This document shows positions 10,539-22,314 of a DNA stretch of 64,000 bases, piece after piece. The notes under the pieces were generated by a model. It saw only the letters and a list, made by a program, of their open reading frames with translations, did not search any database and had not been told where the DNA came from. The translations under genes and the position numbers were made by a program. Location: contig JANOQI010000059.1 of the NCBI GenBank assembly GCA_031414775.1, positions 1 to 64,000 on the forward strand, read 5' to 3'. Position 1 is the first letter of the stretch. The number at the start of each line of letters is the position of its first letter. The stretch is from Synechococcales cyanobacterium VAR_4_metabat_354 (GTDB lineage: Bacteria > Cyanobacteriota > Cyanobacteriia > Cyanobacteriales > Chamaesiphonaceae).

Positions 10539-11015
10539 TTAATTTTTTTTCTCTTTCTGCAATTGACTCGTCAGTGGTGAATCCATGACTGGCCGATGAT
10601 CCAAAATCATGGTGGCCGTGTCATTGCGAACAAAGCCTAAGCGTTCATAAAAGTTTTGTTGATGGCTAGTGGTCAGATAAACCTTCTCAACACCAGCTAG
10701 CTTGGGATGATTGACCAATGTTGCAACTAACTGCCGCCCTAAACCCAAACCCCGATAGGTTTCATCAATCACCACATCCCAGATCATCGCCCGATAAATT
10801 CCATCAGAAGTGGCGCGAGCAAAACCCACTAATTTTTCACCATCCCACATCGAGATAGTTGGGTCACTGTGTTCAATCGCGATCGCTAAATCCTCAATTC
10901 GTCGTTCCCTTGCCCAAAAAGCATGATTATTAAATAAGGCTTGCAGTTGCTCCAAGCTAATATCAGACTTTTGATCGCAGCAACGAATAGGGGTTTTGGT
11001 CATCTCAGTGGGCAA
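10539..11015 (-). CDS. GNAT family N-acetyltransferase
   Basis: YRGLGLGRQL acetyl-CoA motif A, FYERLGF. Confidence 0.88.
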   Translation of the reverse strand: MPTEMTKTPIRCCDQKSDISLEQLQALFNNHAFWARERRIEDLAIAIEHSDPTISMWDGEKLVGFARATSDGIYRAMIWDVVIDETYRGLGLGRQLVATLVNHPKLAGVEKVYLTTSHQQNFYERLGFVRNDTATMILDHRPVMDSPLTSQLQKEKKN

Positions 11016-11151
11016 GATTGGGTAGAGTCAGAGCTTAAAGATTATGCCTGGTCAGGCTGATAATTTCAATGATGTGGTGGCTCACTCAAATAGTTCCCCA
11101 AAAACGGGGAAAAATAACTCTGTAGACCTATCATGATTTTAGGCTAAGACC

Positions 11152-12582
11152 GTGACCCAATGGTTAGAAGTGCGTGCAAAGTTGGAGCAAATTTGGGGCT
11201 ACTCAGACTTTCGATCGCCCCAGGGTGAAATCGTACAGTCTTTGCTGGCAGGGCAAGATGCCCTGATTGTGTTGCCAACGGGAGCGGGCAAATCGATCTG
11301 CTTTCAGCTCCCCGCCTTGTTTCAAAAAGGTTTGACTTTGGTGGTTTCACCCCTGGTGGCCTTGATGGAAAATCAAGTACAAGAGTTGTTGGCTAAAGGA
11401 TTACCTGCTGCCGCTCTGCATAGTGAGTTGCCTCCAGCACGCCAACGGCAAGTACTGCAAACTGTGAAATCTCAACAAATACGGTTGCTATATCTGTCGC
11501 CCGAGACCTTGTTGAACGATCGATTGTGGTCGCTGATCAGTCATCCTCAAATGCAAATCAATGGTTTGATTTTGGATGAAGCTCATTGTCTAGTGCAGTG
11601 GGGTGAGACTTTTCGGCCAGCTTACAGACGCTTGGGCGCAGTAAGACCGGCCTTGCTAGCTAATAAACCAGTTGGCACGAAGATTCCGATTGCTGCTTTT
11701 ACGGCCACTGCCGATCCAGCGGCGCAGGCTACGATTACTCAAGTCCTTCGACTACAGCAACCCGCCCAGTTTTTGATTAATCCCCATCGCCCCAATTTGC
11801 ATTTAGCTGTCCAAACCGTGTGGACTCCGCGCGGTCGTCGCCAGCAGTTACGCCAATTTATCGATCGACATCCCGATCAAGTTGGTTTAGTCTACGTTCG
11901 TACTCGCCAAGATGCTGAAGAACTAGCTGCTTGGTTGAATCAGACTGGTTTACAGACGATGGCTTATCATGCCGGTTTGAGTCCTCAACAGCGCCGACAG
12001 GTTGAACAAAAATGGCTAAATAGCAAATTGAATTTTGTGGTTTGTACCTGTGCTTTTGGCATGGGGATCAACAAACCAGATGTGCGGTGGATTGCCCATT
12101 TTCAGAGTCCATTATTATTGAGCGAGTATGTTCAAGAAATCGGGCGGGCAGGGCGGGATGGTCTACCCGCGACGGCCTTAATGCTGGTGTGTGAGCCGAC
12201 GGGTTGGTTATATCCAGACGATAAGCAACGCCAGCAATTTTTTGTGACCCAACTGCGGCAGCTAGAATTAGAGGCCAAGCAACTAGCCGTCAAAATTCCG
12301 ATGGCTGGAGAAATCACGGTGCTGAGTCAACAGCTTCCTAAAGCTGAGATTGCGCTAGCCCTATGGCATCGCCAAGGGTTATTGGAATGGACTAGTCCCT
12401 TTCACTACCGGCGATTAGAGGGCAAAACCCTACAGTCATCACCCTCGGCCTATCCGCAAATGCTGGAGTATGCTAATACTAAGAACTGTCGTTGGCAATA
12501 TTTACTTATGGCCTTTGGCTTTACCGATCAAGAACAAAAGTGGCGTTGTGGCCATTGTGATCGCTGCTCTGCGCAACCATGA
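11152..12582 (+). CDS. recQ: RecQ-family ATP-dependent DNA helicase
   Basis: PTGAGKS, DEAH, TATA, FGMGIN, QEIGRAGRDG, C-terminal Zn motif. Confidence 0.92.
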   Translation: MTQWLEVRAKLEQIWGYSDFRSPQGEIVQSLLAGQDALIVLPTGAGKSICFQLPALFQKGLTLVVSPLVALMENQVQELLAKGLPAAALHSELPPARQRQVLQTVKSQQIRLLYLSPETLLNDRLWSLISHPQMQINGLILDEAHCLVQWGETFRPAYRRLGAVRPALLANKPVGTKIPIAAFTATADPAAQATITQVLRLQQPAQFLINPHRPNLHLAVQTVWTPRGRRQQLRQFIDRHPDQVGLVYVRTRQDAEELAAWLNQTGLQTMAYHAGLSPQQRRQVEQKWLNSKLNFVVCTCAFGMGINKPDVRWIAHFQSPLLLSEYVQEIGRAGRDGLPATALMLVCEPTGWLYPDDKQRQQFFVTQLRQLELEAKQLAVKIPMAGEITVLSQQLPKAEIALALWHRQGLLEWTSPFHYRRLEGKTLQSSPSAYPQMLEYANTKNCRWQYLLMAFGFTDQEQKWRCGHCDRCSAQP

Positions 12583-13046
12583 TTATCTATTTCTACAAAG
12601 CTGATCAGCCTTATGGCTGTTTTTCTAACTTTTCATGGCACCCCATTTCTATGGTGGGCGCTCATTGGCCGACGGTGGAGCATTATTATCAGTCACGTAA
12701 GTTTGTGGGCACCAAGTTTGACTATTTGGTTTCCAAAATTCAATTCGCTGCTACCCCCGAAGAAGCGGCGGCGCTCGGTCGTCAGCAAATTTATGCTCCG
12801 CATTCCCAATGGGGTGAGCAAAAATGTGGGGTGATGTATGCCGCTGTGCAGCAAAAATTTCTGACTCACCGCAATTTGCAATTAGTGCTATTGGATACCG
12901 GCGACCAAGAAATCGTAGAAGACTCGCCAGTAGATTATTTTTGGGGCTGTGGTGGGGATCGATCGGGTACCAATCACTTGGGGCGAATTTTAATGAGAAT
13001 TAGAGCGGAACTCCAGCAAACAGTGGCCGATGCTGCAAACTATTGA
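12579..13046 (+). CDS. NADAR family protein (YbiA-like N-glycosidase)
   Basis: FSNF, PTVEHYYQ, EDSP.D.FWG, N.LG..LM; overlaps the recQ stop. Confidence 0.88.
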   Translation: MIIYFYKADQPYGCFSNFSWHPISMVGAHWPTVEHYYQSRKFVGTKFDYLVSKIQFAATPEEAAALGRQQIYAPHSQWGEQKCGVMYAAVQQKFLTHRNLQLVLLDTGDQEIVEDSPVDYFWGCGGDRSGTNHLGRILMRIRAELQQTVADAANY

Positions 13047-13090
13047 CCCATCACCATGTAATATATGCTTTGAGTATTTCTATCAGATAG

Positions 13091-14392
<1,302 letters not shown>

Positions 14393-14404
14393 TCACGTGC
14401 TGTA

Positions 14405-14945
14405 GTAGATGTTTTTTGAGTTACCCTCGTATATTAGTACTTTGTTAGCTATAATATAATAGAAGTAAGACATTATCTTACTTGGTTAAGAAACATCTGC
14501 CTAGTGATAACTAGCCATTGTGATGTGCATCACCTTCCCTTTAACATTCATTGCCCATAACGTCGTACTGTTAACCTGTGTTTTCTAGGTAACTGCAAAG
14601 TATTTGTTATGGGCAGTGTAGTATGTTAAGTAAATGCTGTAGTATGTAATGAACATTACCTTTGCTACATACGACATGTTAAAGTTACCCGGTGACTTTT
14701 AGCATGTGCAACACAAATAATCGTTGAACCCAATAACTTATCAGCTGGTGATTTCTACTCAAATTTAGTTGTAGGTGTTGTCATGTGTTTGATAGACATA
14801 CAAAACACAACTTTGCTTAATAGAAAATCTGGATTAAAGAATTTTTTTCCAGATGTGACTTTCATCAGTACTTGTCTTTTCATTTAGCTGAAACTCTTTA
14901 ATCATTTAGCTGATATTTATTTCAGTAGATGATATGAACTGCTAA
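14405..14945 (+). ncRNA. Candidate structured non-coding RNA or long 5' leader of the GntR gene
   Basis: At least seven stems; the three longest have only G·U-type mismatches on the + strand; no ORF of 60 aa or more. Confidence 0.4.
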
Positions 14946-14978
14946 AGTAATAAAAATAACTTCGCTCCTAAAAAATAT

Positions 14979-15944
14979 ATGGTTTTCCCAGATTCTAATA
15001 CTCTTCCGATTTCTGTTGATCCGCATGTGCCGATCACGATCAATTCTCAAATTGCTGAACAGATTAAGCTTCTGATTGCAGTTGGGGTGTTACATGCTGG
15101 TGATGCTCTGCCGACAGTTACTCAATTAGCTAAGCAACTGAGTGTCAATCACAACACGATTGCTGCTGTTTACAATGATCTGATTGTGGCTAGCTATTTG
15201 ATGGCTCAACGTGGTAAGGGCACTTTTGTAGCCAACACCCAAAATGTGCAAAGTATCGTTACTTATCGTCAGGTCTACGAACATTTAGAAAAAGCTTTTA
15301 GTTCTGCTAGTAGCTTAGGCATGACAGCCTCTGCTTTTGGCTCGGCAGCTTATGCTCAAGCTGTAATGGTTAGTCAAAGACAAGTACAAACAGTCAAGGT
15401 CGTTTTTGTCGATCGGCTGCAACATTCTCCTAAACTACATACAGTTCTGCAATCTGAACTAGGCATCGAACCAGCCTTGGTAGAACTATCCGCTGTCCAA
15501 GAAAGTAGAGATTTTCTGGATGCTGATTTAATTATTACTCTGGGTCAGCACTTGGATGCAGTGAAAAAGCAGGCCAGTGCTACTCAGGAAGTAATAGCTT
15601 TGGATGTCAAACCAAACTTGTTGTTGTTAGCAGAAATTTCGGCACTACCGCTAAATAGCCAAGTATTAGTGGTAGGCAACAATACGCCCGAAGCAGAAAT
15701 TATGCAACAGGTGTTAGTCGATGCTGGTGTTACCCACGTTCAGTACAAATTAGTTGCTGCCAAAGACATCAAACCAGAACTAGTGAAACAGTCGGTGGTG
15801 GCATTAGCTGCACCAGGCGTGTCCGAAAGTGCCGTCGGTGGTGAAATTAAGGTTGTACCTTTTAATGTCAACATCGAACAAGCAAATTTACTGCTAATGA
15901 AGGCTCGTTTGTCAACAGTGAAAGCTGCTAAAAATTTGACTTAA
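14979..15944 (+). CDS. GntR-family transcriptional regulator (PlmA/YtrA-like wHTH with long C-terminal domain)
   Basis: GDALPTVTQLAKQLSVNHNTIAAVYNDL...RGKGTFV winged HTH. Confidence 0.88.
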   Translation: MVFPDSNTLPISVDPHVPITINSQIAEQIKLLIAVGVLHAGDALPTVTQLAKQLSVNHNTIAAVYNDLIVASYLMAQRGKGTFVANTQNVQSIVTYRQVYEHLEKAFSSASSLGMTASAFGSAAYAQAVMVSQRQVQTVKVVFVDRLQHSPKLHTVLQSELGIEPALVELSAVQESRDFLDADLIITLGQHLDAVKKQASATQEVIALDVKPNLLLLAEISALPLNSQVLVVGNNTPEAEIMQQVLVDAGVTHVQYKLVAAKDIKPELVKQSVVALAAPGVSESAVGGEIKVVPFNVNIEQANLLLMKARLSTVKAAKNLT

Positions 15945-15981
15945 ATAGTTCAGTTGATTTGGCTTAATTAAAATTGGTCTC

Positions 15982-16027
15982 AACAAAGAAGGAGGGTGTT
16001 TAAAACACCCTCCTTCTTTGTTTTTTT
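15982..16027 (+). terminator. Rho-independent terminator
   Basis: Long perfect stem aacaaagaaggagggtgttt/aaacaccctccttctttgtt followed by a T-run. Confidence 0.85.
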
Positions 16028-16067
16028 GCTTATGATGTAATATCGGCAACAATAGCTATGGAATTTT

Positions 16068-16595
16068 ATGTTGGATCATCCTGAAATTATTATTATTGCT
16101 GCTTTGAGTGCTGTCGATCGGATCATTGGCCAAGATGGCAAATTGCCTTGGAGCATCCCCGCCGACTCCCAGCGATTTCAAGACCTCACCCAGGGCTATG
16201 CGGTAATTATGGGCAGAAAAACTTGGGAATCTGATGTGGGCCGCTGCCCATTACCTCAGCGCTATAACATTGTTGTTTCATCTCAGCCCCAATTGGGTGA
16301 GGTCGATGCCGATTGTTTGAGTAATTCTTTAGGTGTCGAGCTGGTTTCTTCGGTCACGGCGGCGATCGCCAAAGCCCAGAAATTTCCGAAAATTTTTATT
16401 GTGGGCGGCGCAGGTATCTACACGGAAGCTCTGGCCATAGCTGATACCTGGGAATTAACTCTAGTCGAAGGTGAGTATCAAGGCGATACTTTTTTTCCAG
16501 AATACCAATCACTAGTTGATAAAAAATTTAGGTTGGTCAACGTGGAAAATCACCAAGGTTTTCGATATGAAACCTATCGTAAGATTATAGCTTAG
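16068..16595 (+). CDS. folA: Dihydrofolate reductase
   Basis: IG.DGKLPW, MGRKTWES, LP.R.NIV, GGA.IY, GDTFFP. Confidence 0.92.
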   Translation: MLDHPEIIIIAALSAVDRIIGQDGKLPWSIPADSQRFQDLTQGYAVIMGRKTWESDVGRCPLPQRYNIVVSSQPQLGEVDADCLSNSLGVELVSSVTAAIAKAQKFPKIFIVGGAGIYTEALAIADTWELTLVEGEYQGDTFFPEYQSLVDKKFRLVNVENHQGFRYETYRKIIA

Positions 16596-16697
16596 GTGGT
16601 CTTCGACTCCGCTCAAACTCAACATTAGCTCCTAGATTGTTGCGAATTGCTACTGATGGACTCTGCTAGGGAAAAATCTTAGTTAGAATCGGTAAAA

Positions 16698-17075
16698 ATG
16701 CACTTCTGTCGTCGGCTTATGATTGATGTATCTGCTCTTCATGAATTTTCTCGTTGTCACTGCGTAGCCATTTGTGCAGGATTAGTGCCTGCCAACTTGT
16801 TGTTGTCTACAGCGGTGATTGGGCTAACGATGTTTAACGGATCTTTGGTACTGCGTCGTTGGCTGTCGATCGGTGGGGCTTTTTGTGGTTTGTTATTACT
16901 TTCCCATGTTGGAAGTTGGTGGCTCATTGGTGTGGTAGCTCCGGCTACGTTTATTTTGCCTGCCTTGGGTCTGCTTTGTTCAGCAATTAATTGGGCTTGC
17001 CTGAACTATCCAATCAGTACGGGGCGGTTTTGGAGATCGATCGTCATGCACGATTGGAAAGCCAGCAGTTTATAA
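16698..17075 (+). CDS. Hypothetical membrane protein
   Basis: Three hydrophobic segments; EFSR.HC..ICA.LVPANL. Confidence 0.65.
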   Translation: MHFCRRLMIDVSALHEFSRCHCVAICAGLVPANLLLSTAVIGLTMFNGSLVLRRWLSIGGAFCGLLLLSHVGSWWLIGVVAPATFILPALGLLCSAINWACLNYPISTGRFWRSIVMHDWKASSL

Positions 17076-17111
17076 TAGTAAAGACTTTATTAAGTTTTCA
17101 CTGCTAAATGC

Positions 17112-17981
17112 ATGACTGTTAAACCAAATTGGTTACGGGTAAAAGCACCTCAGTTAGAGCGAATCGGCGCTGTGCAAGACGTTCTACGGGATCTTCAGCT
17201 TCATACGGTGTGTGAAGAAGCTTCTTGTCCCAATATTGGAGAATGTTTCCAAGCTGGTACAGCTACCTTTTTAATCATGGGACCAGCTTGTACCCGGGCT
17301 TGCCCATACTGCGATATTGATTTCAATAAAAAACCGCCAGCGCTAGATCCCAACGAGCCGCATCAACTAGCTGCCGCTGTGAAACGCTTAAAACTCAATC
17401 ATGTGGTGATTACTTCGGTTAATCGGGATGACTTGCCGGATGGTGGTGCTACTCAGTTTCTGCGCTGTATTGGTGCCGTCCGGGCACTTTCCCCCGACAC
17501 GACGATTGAAGTATTGATTCCAGACTTGTGTGGCAATTGGTCAGCGTTAGAAGTAATTCTGCGCGCCGCACCAGAAGTGCTCAATCACAACACCGAGACA
17601 GTGCCCCGCTTATATCGGCAAGTCCGGCCCCAAGGCAATTATTTGCGCAGTTTGGAGGTAGTTTCTAGGACGCGCCAGCTGAGTCCGCAGACTTATACCA
17701 AGTCCGGAATTATGGTGGGCTTGGGTGAAACGGATGCCGAAGTGCGGCAAACTATGCGCGATCTTCGCACTGCACACTGTGATATTTTGACGATCGGTCA
17801 ATATTTGCAACCCACTCCCCAGCATTTACCGGTGGCAGAATTTGTCACTCCGGCACAGTTTGCGAACTGGCGAAAATTTGGTGAAGCGATCGGCTTTCTA
17901 CAAGTAGTTTCCTCGCCCTTAACCCGCAGCTCTTATCATGCCGAGCAAGTGCGAGAATTGATGGTGAGATACCCACGTTGA
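17112..17981 (+). CDS. lipA: Lipoyl synthase
   Basis: [26 protein letters not shown]. Confidence 0.96.
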   Translation: MTVKPNWLRVKAPQLERIGAVQDVLRDLQLHTVCEEASCPNIGECFQAGTATFLIMGPACTRACPYCDIDFNKKPPALDPNEPHQLAAAVKRLKLNHVVITSVNRDDLPDGGATQFLRCIGAVRALSPDTTIEVLIPDLCGNWSALEVILRAAPEVLNHNTETVPRLYRQVRPQGNYLRSLEVVSRTRQLSPQTYTKSGIMVGLGETDAEVRQTMRDLRTAHCDILTIGQYLQPTPQHLPVAEFVTPAQFANWRKFGEAIGFLQVVSSPLTRSSYHAEQVRELMVRYPR

Positions 17982-18889
17982 GTATGGTAGAAAACGTTGC
18001 GGTGATTGGCACTGGGGCTTGGGGTTCAGTCTTGGCTCAACTCGTACAAGCCCCCACGGTGGTCAGTTGGTCGCGGCGCTCTGGTTCTAATTTGCCTGAA
18101 TTGATCGCTCCTAGTCAGATGATTGTCTCAGCGGTGTCGATGGCCGGGGTTCAAGATATTATTGACGAATTGCGCGGCCAATTATCACCCGAGCAGATTA
18201 TTGTTACCACTACTAAGGGCTTAGACTTAGCCACCAATTTTACTCCAGCACAGCTGTGGGCAGCCGCTTTTCCGCAGAATGCGATCGTGGTGTTGTCTGG
18301 TCCCAATTTGTCTGCCGAAATCAAACAGGGTTTGCCTGCTGCCACAGTGGTTGCTAGTCATCACCTGGTAGCGGCAGTAAAAGTACAAACGGCTTTTTCG
18401 TCGGCGCAGTTTCGGGTTTATACCAATAATGATCCTTTAGGTGTTGAACTGGGTGGCACGGTCAAAAATGTGATGGCAATCGCCGCTGGTACCTGTGATG
18501 GATTGGGCTTAGGTACTAATGCCAAGGCTGGTTTGATGACCAGAGGTCTAGCTGAAATCATCAGAATTGGCAAACAGTGGGGAGCAAGACCAGAAACATT
18601 TTATGGTTTATCTGGTCTGGGAGATTTGTTGGCTACTTGTAATAGTGCACTCAGTCGAAATTATCAGGTGGGCTATGGCTTGGCTCAAGGTCATGCTTTA
18701 GCGCAGGTGCTCAGCAACCTGACTGGTACCGCTGAGGGTGTCAATACAACTAAGGTATTGATGCAGATTGCTCACCAAAATCAAGTGGAGCTGCCGATTA
18801 CCATGATGGTCGATCGATTATTGCAAGGCCAAATTACCCCCAAGGAAGCTTTGATTGCTTTGATGATGCGGGATAGTAAGTCTGAGTAA
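17978..18889 (+). CDS. gpsA: NAD(P)H-dependent glycerol-3-phosphate dehydrogenase
   Basis: GTGAWG, LSGPN, KNV.AIA.G, GLGDL..TC, SRN. Confidence 0.95.
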   Translation: MSMVENVAVIGTGAWGSVLAQLVQAPTVVSWSRRSGSNLPELIAPSQMIVSAVSMAGVQDIIDELRGQLSPEQIIVTTTKGLDLATNFTPAQLWAAAFPQNAIVVLSGPNLSAEIKQGLPAATVVASHHLVAAVKVQTAFSSAQFRVYTNNDPLGVELGGTVKNVMAIAAGTCDGLGLGTNAKAGLMTRGLAEIIRIGKQWGARPETFYGLSGLGDLLATCNSALSRNYQVGYGLAQGHALAQVLSNLTGTAEGVNTTKVLMQIAHQNQVELPITMMVDRLLQGQITPKEALIALMMRDSKSE

Positions 18890-19021
18890 GGCTGCCAGCA
18901 GCTAGTGGAGCTTTTGCTCAGCTTACGTCAGTATTGTTTTACAATCCATTTAGCAAGTAGAGGAATAAATATAAGTCAAATATTCTGTACAGGAATTGAT
19001 TAGTGTTTTTTGTGGTGTTCT

Positions 19022-19843
19022 ATGCAAGTTAAAATTTTATTGGCTTTAGCTACTCTAACCGGCATATTTTGGTGGTTTTCAGCTTGGGCGGGGCGTAAAG
19101 TACCAACGTTCCAAGTCCAAAAATATCCCAGTCCGGTTGCGATGGTGGCTTCCCCTAAACCTTCCGCACCAATTATTAGCTCCAGTCCTACTCCTCTCAC
19201 CACACCGAATTCTTTACTTCCAATTCCATCTGTACCAGTCCCCTCTGGTTCATCAGTGCTCAGTAAGGCCATTCCCACACAGTCGAGTCCAGCGGTGAAG
19301 CCGATCGCTTCGCTAGCACCTAAGGCGATTGCGCCAATTCCCATTCCTAATTCCCAGCCAATTATGCCTACCCCAGTTGTTTTGCGGGCGCGGCCACTGG
19401 CGATCGATCCGGTTACTAATCAAATCCTCGATGCTCTCATGTCGGCAGTGATTAGCCAAGAAAGCAACGGCAATTCTCAAGTTCAACATCCGGTAAGTAA
19501 GGCTATGGGTCTGGGGCAAGTGATCCCAGATAATATTCCGGCCTGGACCAAGGAAACTTTTGGCCAAGAGCTAACAGCCGAGCAGTTTCGGAGTAGCCCA
19601 GATGCTCAGATGTACGTAATTCGACAAAAGCTTTTTCAGTATTATGGTCGGGCGATCGCAGCCAGTGGTGGCGATTTGCATCTGGCTGTCCGGCGAGTAA
19701 GTGCCCAATGGTATTCTGGTCAACCCAATCTCTATGATTCTACCAATCCGGTAGCCACCGGACCCAGCATTAAGGATTACACCCTTCAGGTCTTGGGCAG
19801 GTTTCAGAGTTTTTATCCCCAAAATTATTTGGTGCGATATTAA
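19022..19843 (+). CDS. Secreted Pro-rich protein with lytic transglycosylase-like C-terminal domain
   Basis: N-terminal TM, Pro/Ser linker, QES.G...AMGLGQV lysozyme-like motif. Confidence 0.7.
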   Translation: MQVKILLALATLTGIFWWFSAWAGRKVPTFQVQKYPSPVAMVASPKPSAPIISSSPTPLTTPNSLLPIPSVPVPSGSSVLSKAIPTQSSPAVKPIASLAPKAIAPIPIPNSQPIMPTPVVLRARPLAIDPVTNQILDALMSAVISQESNGNSQVQHPVSKAMGLGQVIPDNIPAWTKETFGQELTAEQFRSSPDAQMYVIRQKLFQYYGRAIAASGGDLHLAVRRVSAQWYSGQPNLYDSTNPVATGPSIKDYTLQVLGRFQSFYPQNYLVRY

Positions 19844-19875
19844 TCTCAGCCATTGCAGTCCAGCTGTTGTCCCGT

Positions 19876-20922
19876 CTAGATTGATATCTCTGTCTGGACT
19901 ATTTCGTTGAGGCGGGTTTGGAGTTGATTCATCCATTCCTGGGCAGCGTTATTTTCGAGGGTGTCAATATTGGTGAATTGATGAATACGCAGTCGTTCAC
20001 CATTCGTTAATGCCAAATTAAGATAGTGGGCAGACTCACGATTGATGTTGGCTAAAGCATCGTCTGTTACTATCTCTGTGAATGGTCCCTCTACTTCCAA
20101 GCTGGTTATTTCTGTGAACTCGATCCGCAGTAGCTGTTCACCGTTGAGATATCGATCGACTAGCCGCTCCGCAAAATCAAAGATAAAACACTCATCTTGA
20201 TGAAAAAACTTTAGCTGCCAAGGTAAATCTAAAATTTGGCAAATAGGCTGAATCACCGACTCCACCACCTCCGAAAATTCGGAGTAGGGTGCAGTATAAA
20301 CTGATGGCTGATTCTCATTCCAAGACAAATAATGGGTGGGGACTTCTCCCGCATCCATGTTTAGCCGCACAAAAATATTAACCTGGGCAGAATTATTCGC
20401 TAAATCAGGAATTTCTAACACTAGACCATAGATGTCCGATCGAGGGAAAGTCCGGGCTGTTTTGTCGAGTAAAGTTTCTGGCTGCTGTTGAATAAGTTGG
20501 GTTGTTTGATCGAATATCCAAGTGGTCTTTTTGGGAGTTAAAGATTTGTTAATCAATAGTCCAGCTGTGACACCACCCAACCAGAGCAAACCAAACCCAA
20601 AAAAACTATGATCGCCAGGTATTTTGCGGGTGTAAGGTTGAAACTCTTGCTCGGTAAATTGGATGGTATTGACACTGACCGGCATCTGTAAAAATTGTTT
20701 TACCCCACTACATTCCATACCATTGGGATTAATCCGGCTCACATTACAAGTGAGAGTTTCTGGTAAGCCCGAAAAACCGATGAGTAGTGCTACAAAGCCG
20801 GGTATGTAAGTAATAAGACTCATTATTACTTTAAATGCGGTACTAGTCCAAAGGCTTTGAGGGGGAATTGCTTGAGCCACTAATCGATTATTAGAATGTT
20901 CAGTGATTAACCAATTAGACAT
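19876..20922 (-). CDS. Hypothetical membrane protein
   Basis: 348 aa, two TM segments. Confidence 0.65.
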   Translation of the reverse strand: MSNWLITEHSNNRLVAQAIPPQSLWTSTAFKVIMSLITYIPGFVALLIGFSGLPETLTCNVSRINPNGMECSGVKQFLQMPVSVNTIQFTEQEFQPYTRKIPGDHSFFGFGLLWLGGVTAGLLINKSLTPKKTTWIFDQTTQLIQQQPETLLDKTARTFPRSDIYGLVLEIPDLANNSAQVNIFVRLNMDAGEVPTHYLSWNENQPSVYTAPYSEFSEVVESVIQPICQILDLPWQLKFFHQDECFIFDFAERLVDRYLNGEQLLRIEFTEITSLEVEGPFTEIVTDDALANINRESAHYLNLALTNGERLRIHQFTNIDTLENNAAQEWMNQLQTRLNEIVQTEISI

Positions 20923-21085
20923 GAAAAAAAGTACCTAAGTTCCCTATCTTTCATTTTAGAATGCCCGGAAATGCGCAGAATTTTACAAATTATTGTTTTC
21001 TGGTGTTTTCTGGCGATCAATACTCCAGCTGGTGTCAGACTTCAAGCTACAATTAACCCCATCAATTATTGTGGACTGGTGTGAG

Positions 21086-22270
21086 ATGCGCTTAAAATCT
21101 TTGGATGTTTTTCGGGGGCTGACTGTCGCCGTCATGATTTTTGTCAATGTGGCCGGTCTGGGGGAACTGGGAGAAAAATATGTTTGGATAGATCATGCTG
21201 AATGGCATGGCAGTTGGCATTTAGCTGATTTCGTTTTCCCCTTTTTTCTTTACATTATTGGAATGGCGATGGCCTTCTCCTTTGCTAAGTATACTGGCGG
21301 CGATCGACCAACTTCAGCTGTTTATCAGCGGGTTTTACGTAGGACATTATTGCTGTTTGTGATTGGCCTCTTGATCAATGGCCTAATTTACAGTGTCTGT
21401 AAAATGCCGGTGGATGGCATTTTTAATTTTTCTAACCTGCGCATTATGGGTGTATTGCAACGTATTAGTCTCGCCTATGGAGCAGCGGCTCTGATTGTAT
21501 TGTCATTCCCGCGACGGATGCAGTGGGGCATGGCCGGTGCACTTTTGATTGGTTATTGGCTAATTATGGCTTTCGTGGCTGCTCCGGATGCTCCTGCCGA
21601 TGTCTTGAGTAAAACAGTAGAGGTGAAGTCTTTTTTTGATAGCAAAATTCATAATATTGGGGCTTATATCGATCGACAGATAATTCCGGCGGCTCATTTC
21701 TATAAAGCCGGAAAAAAAGGCTACGAGCCAGAGGGTTTATTTGCGACTTTGCCGGCGATCGTCAGCGTCTTGCTAGGTTACTTTCATGGCGTATGGCTGA
21801 AGCAGCAGCGGGAGGTGAAGACCGACCACAGCATTCAGATGGTGATGTTTGGACTAGCGGCGATTCTGGCGGGGCGAATTTGGGGTAACTTTTTTCCGAT
21901 CAATAAAAACCTCTGGACTAGCTCCTTTGTGCTGTTTATGGCTGGTTGGGCACTGATGATTTTTGCGGCTTGTTATGAGTTGGTCGATGTGCGGCAAATC
22001 GGGCTGAAATTATTTAAACCTCTGGAGATGATGGGACTGAATGCCCTGTTTGCCTTTGTTGGCTCAGTCTTAATGATCAAAGTCGTCTACTTTAACAATA
22101 TTGATGGTTGCGGCGACAAGGCTACTACGGTTTATAACTTCTTGCGTAATGCCCTATTTGGTTGGTCGGGGGAAGCCAACAGCGCCATTTTATTGGCTCT
22201 GTTGTCAGTCTTACTCTGGATCTCGATTTGCTTTGGCATGTATTGGCGACGTTGGTTCATTAAGCTATAA
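21086..22270 (+). CDS. Heparan-alpha-glucosaminide N-acetyltransferase-like membrane acyltransferase
   Basis: RLKSLDVFRG, H..W.G, ADFVFPFF, GVLQRI, PINKNLWT; start taken at MRLKSL. Confidence 0.85.
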   Translation: MRLKSLDVFRGLTVAVMIFVNVAGLGELGEKYVWIDHAEWHGSWHLADFVFPFFLYIIGMAMAFSFAKYTGGDRPTSAVYQRVLRRTLLLFVIGLLINGLIYSVCKMPVDGIFNFSNLRIMGVLQRISLAYGAAALIVLSFPRRMQWGMAGALLIGYWLIMAFVAAPDAPADVLSKTVEVKSFFDSKIHNIGAYIDRQIIPAAHFYKAGKKGYEPEGLFATLPAIVSVLLGYFHGVWLKQQREVKTDHSIQMVMFGLAAILAGRIWGNFFPINKNLWTSSFVLFMAGWALMIFAACYELVDVRQIGLKLFKPLEMMGLNALFAFVGSVLMIKVVYFNNIDGCGDKATTVYNFLRNALFGWSGEANSAILLALLSVLLWISICFGMYWRRWFIKL

Positions 22271-22314
22271 AAATCAAAGGATAATAGACCAGAGGATGTG
22301 GAGTTTCAGAAAAA

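Noticed and set aside
14979..15944. Naming the GntR regulator plmA
   Set aside because: Size and wHTH are similar, but I cannot confirm orthology from the sequence
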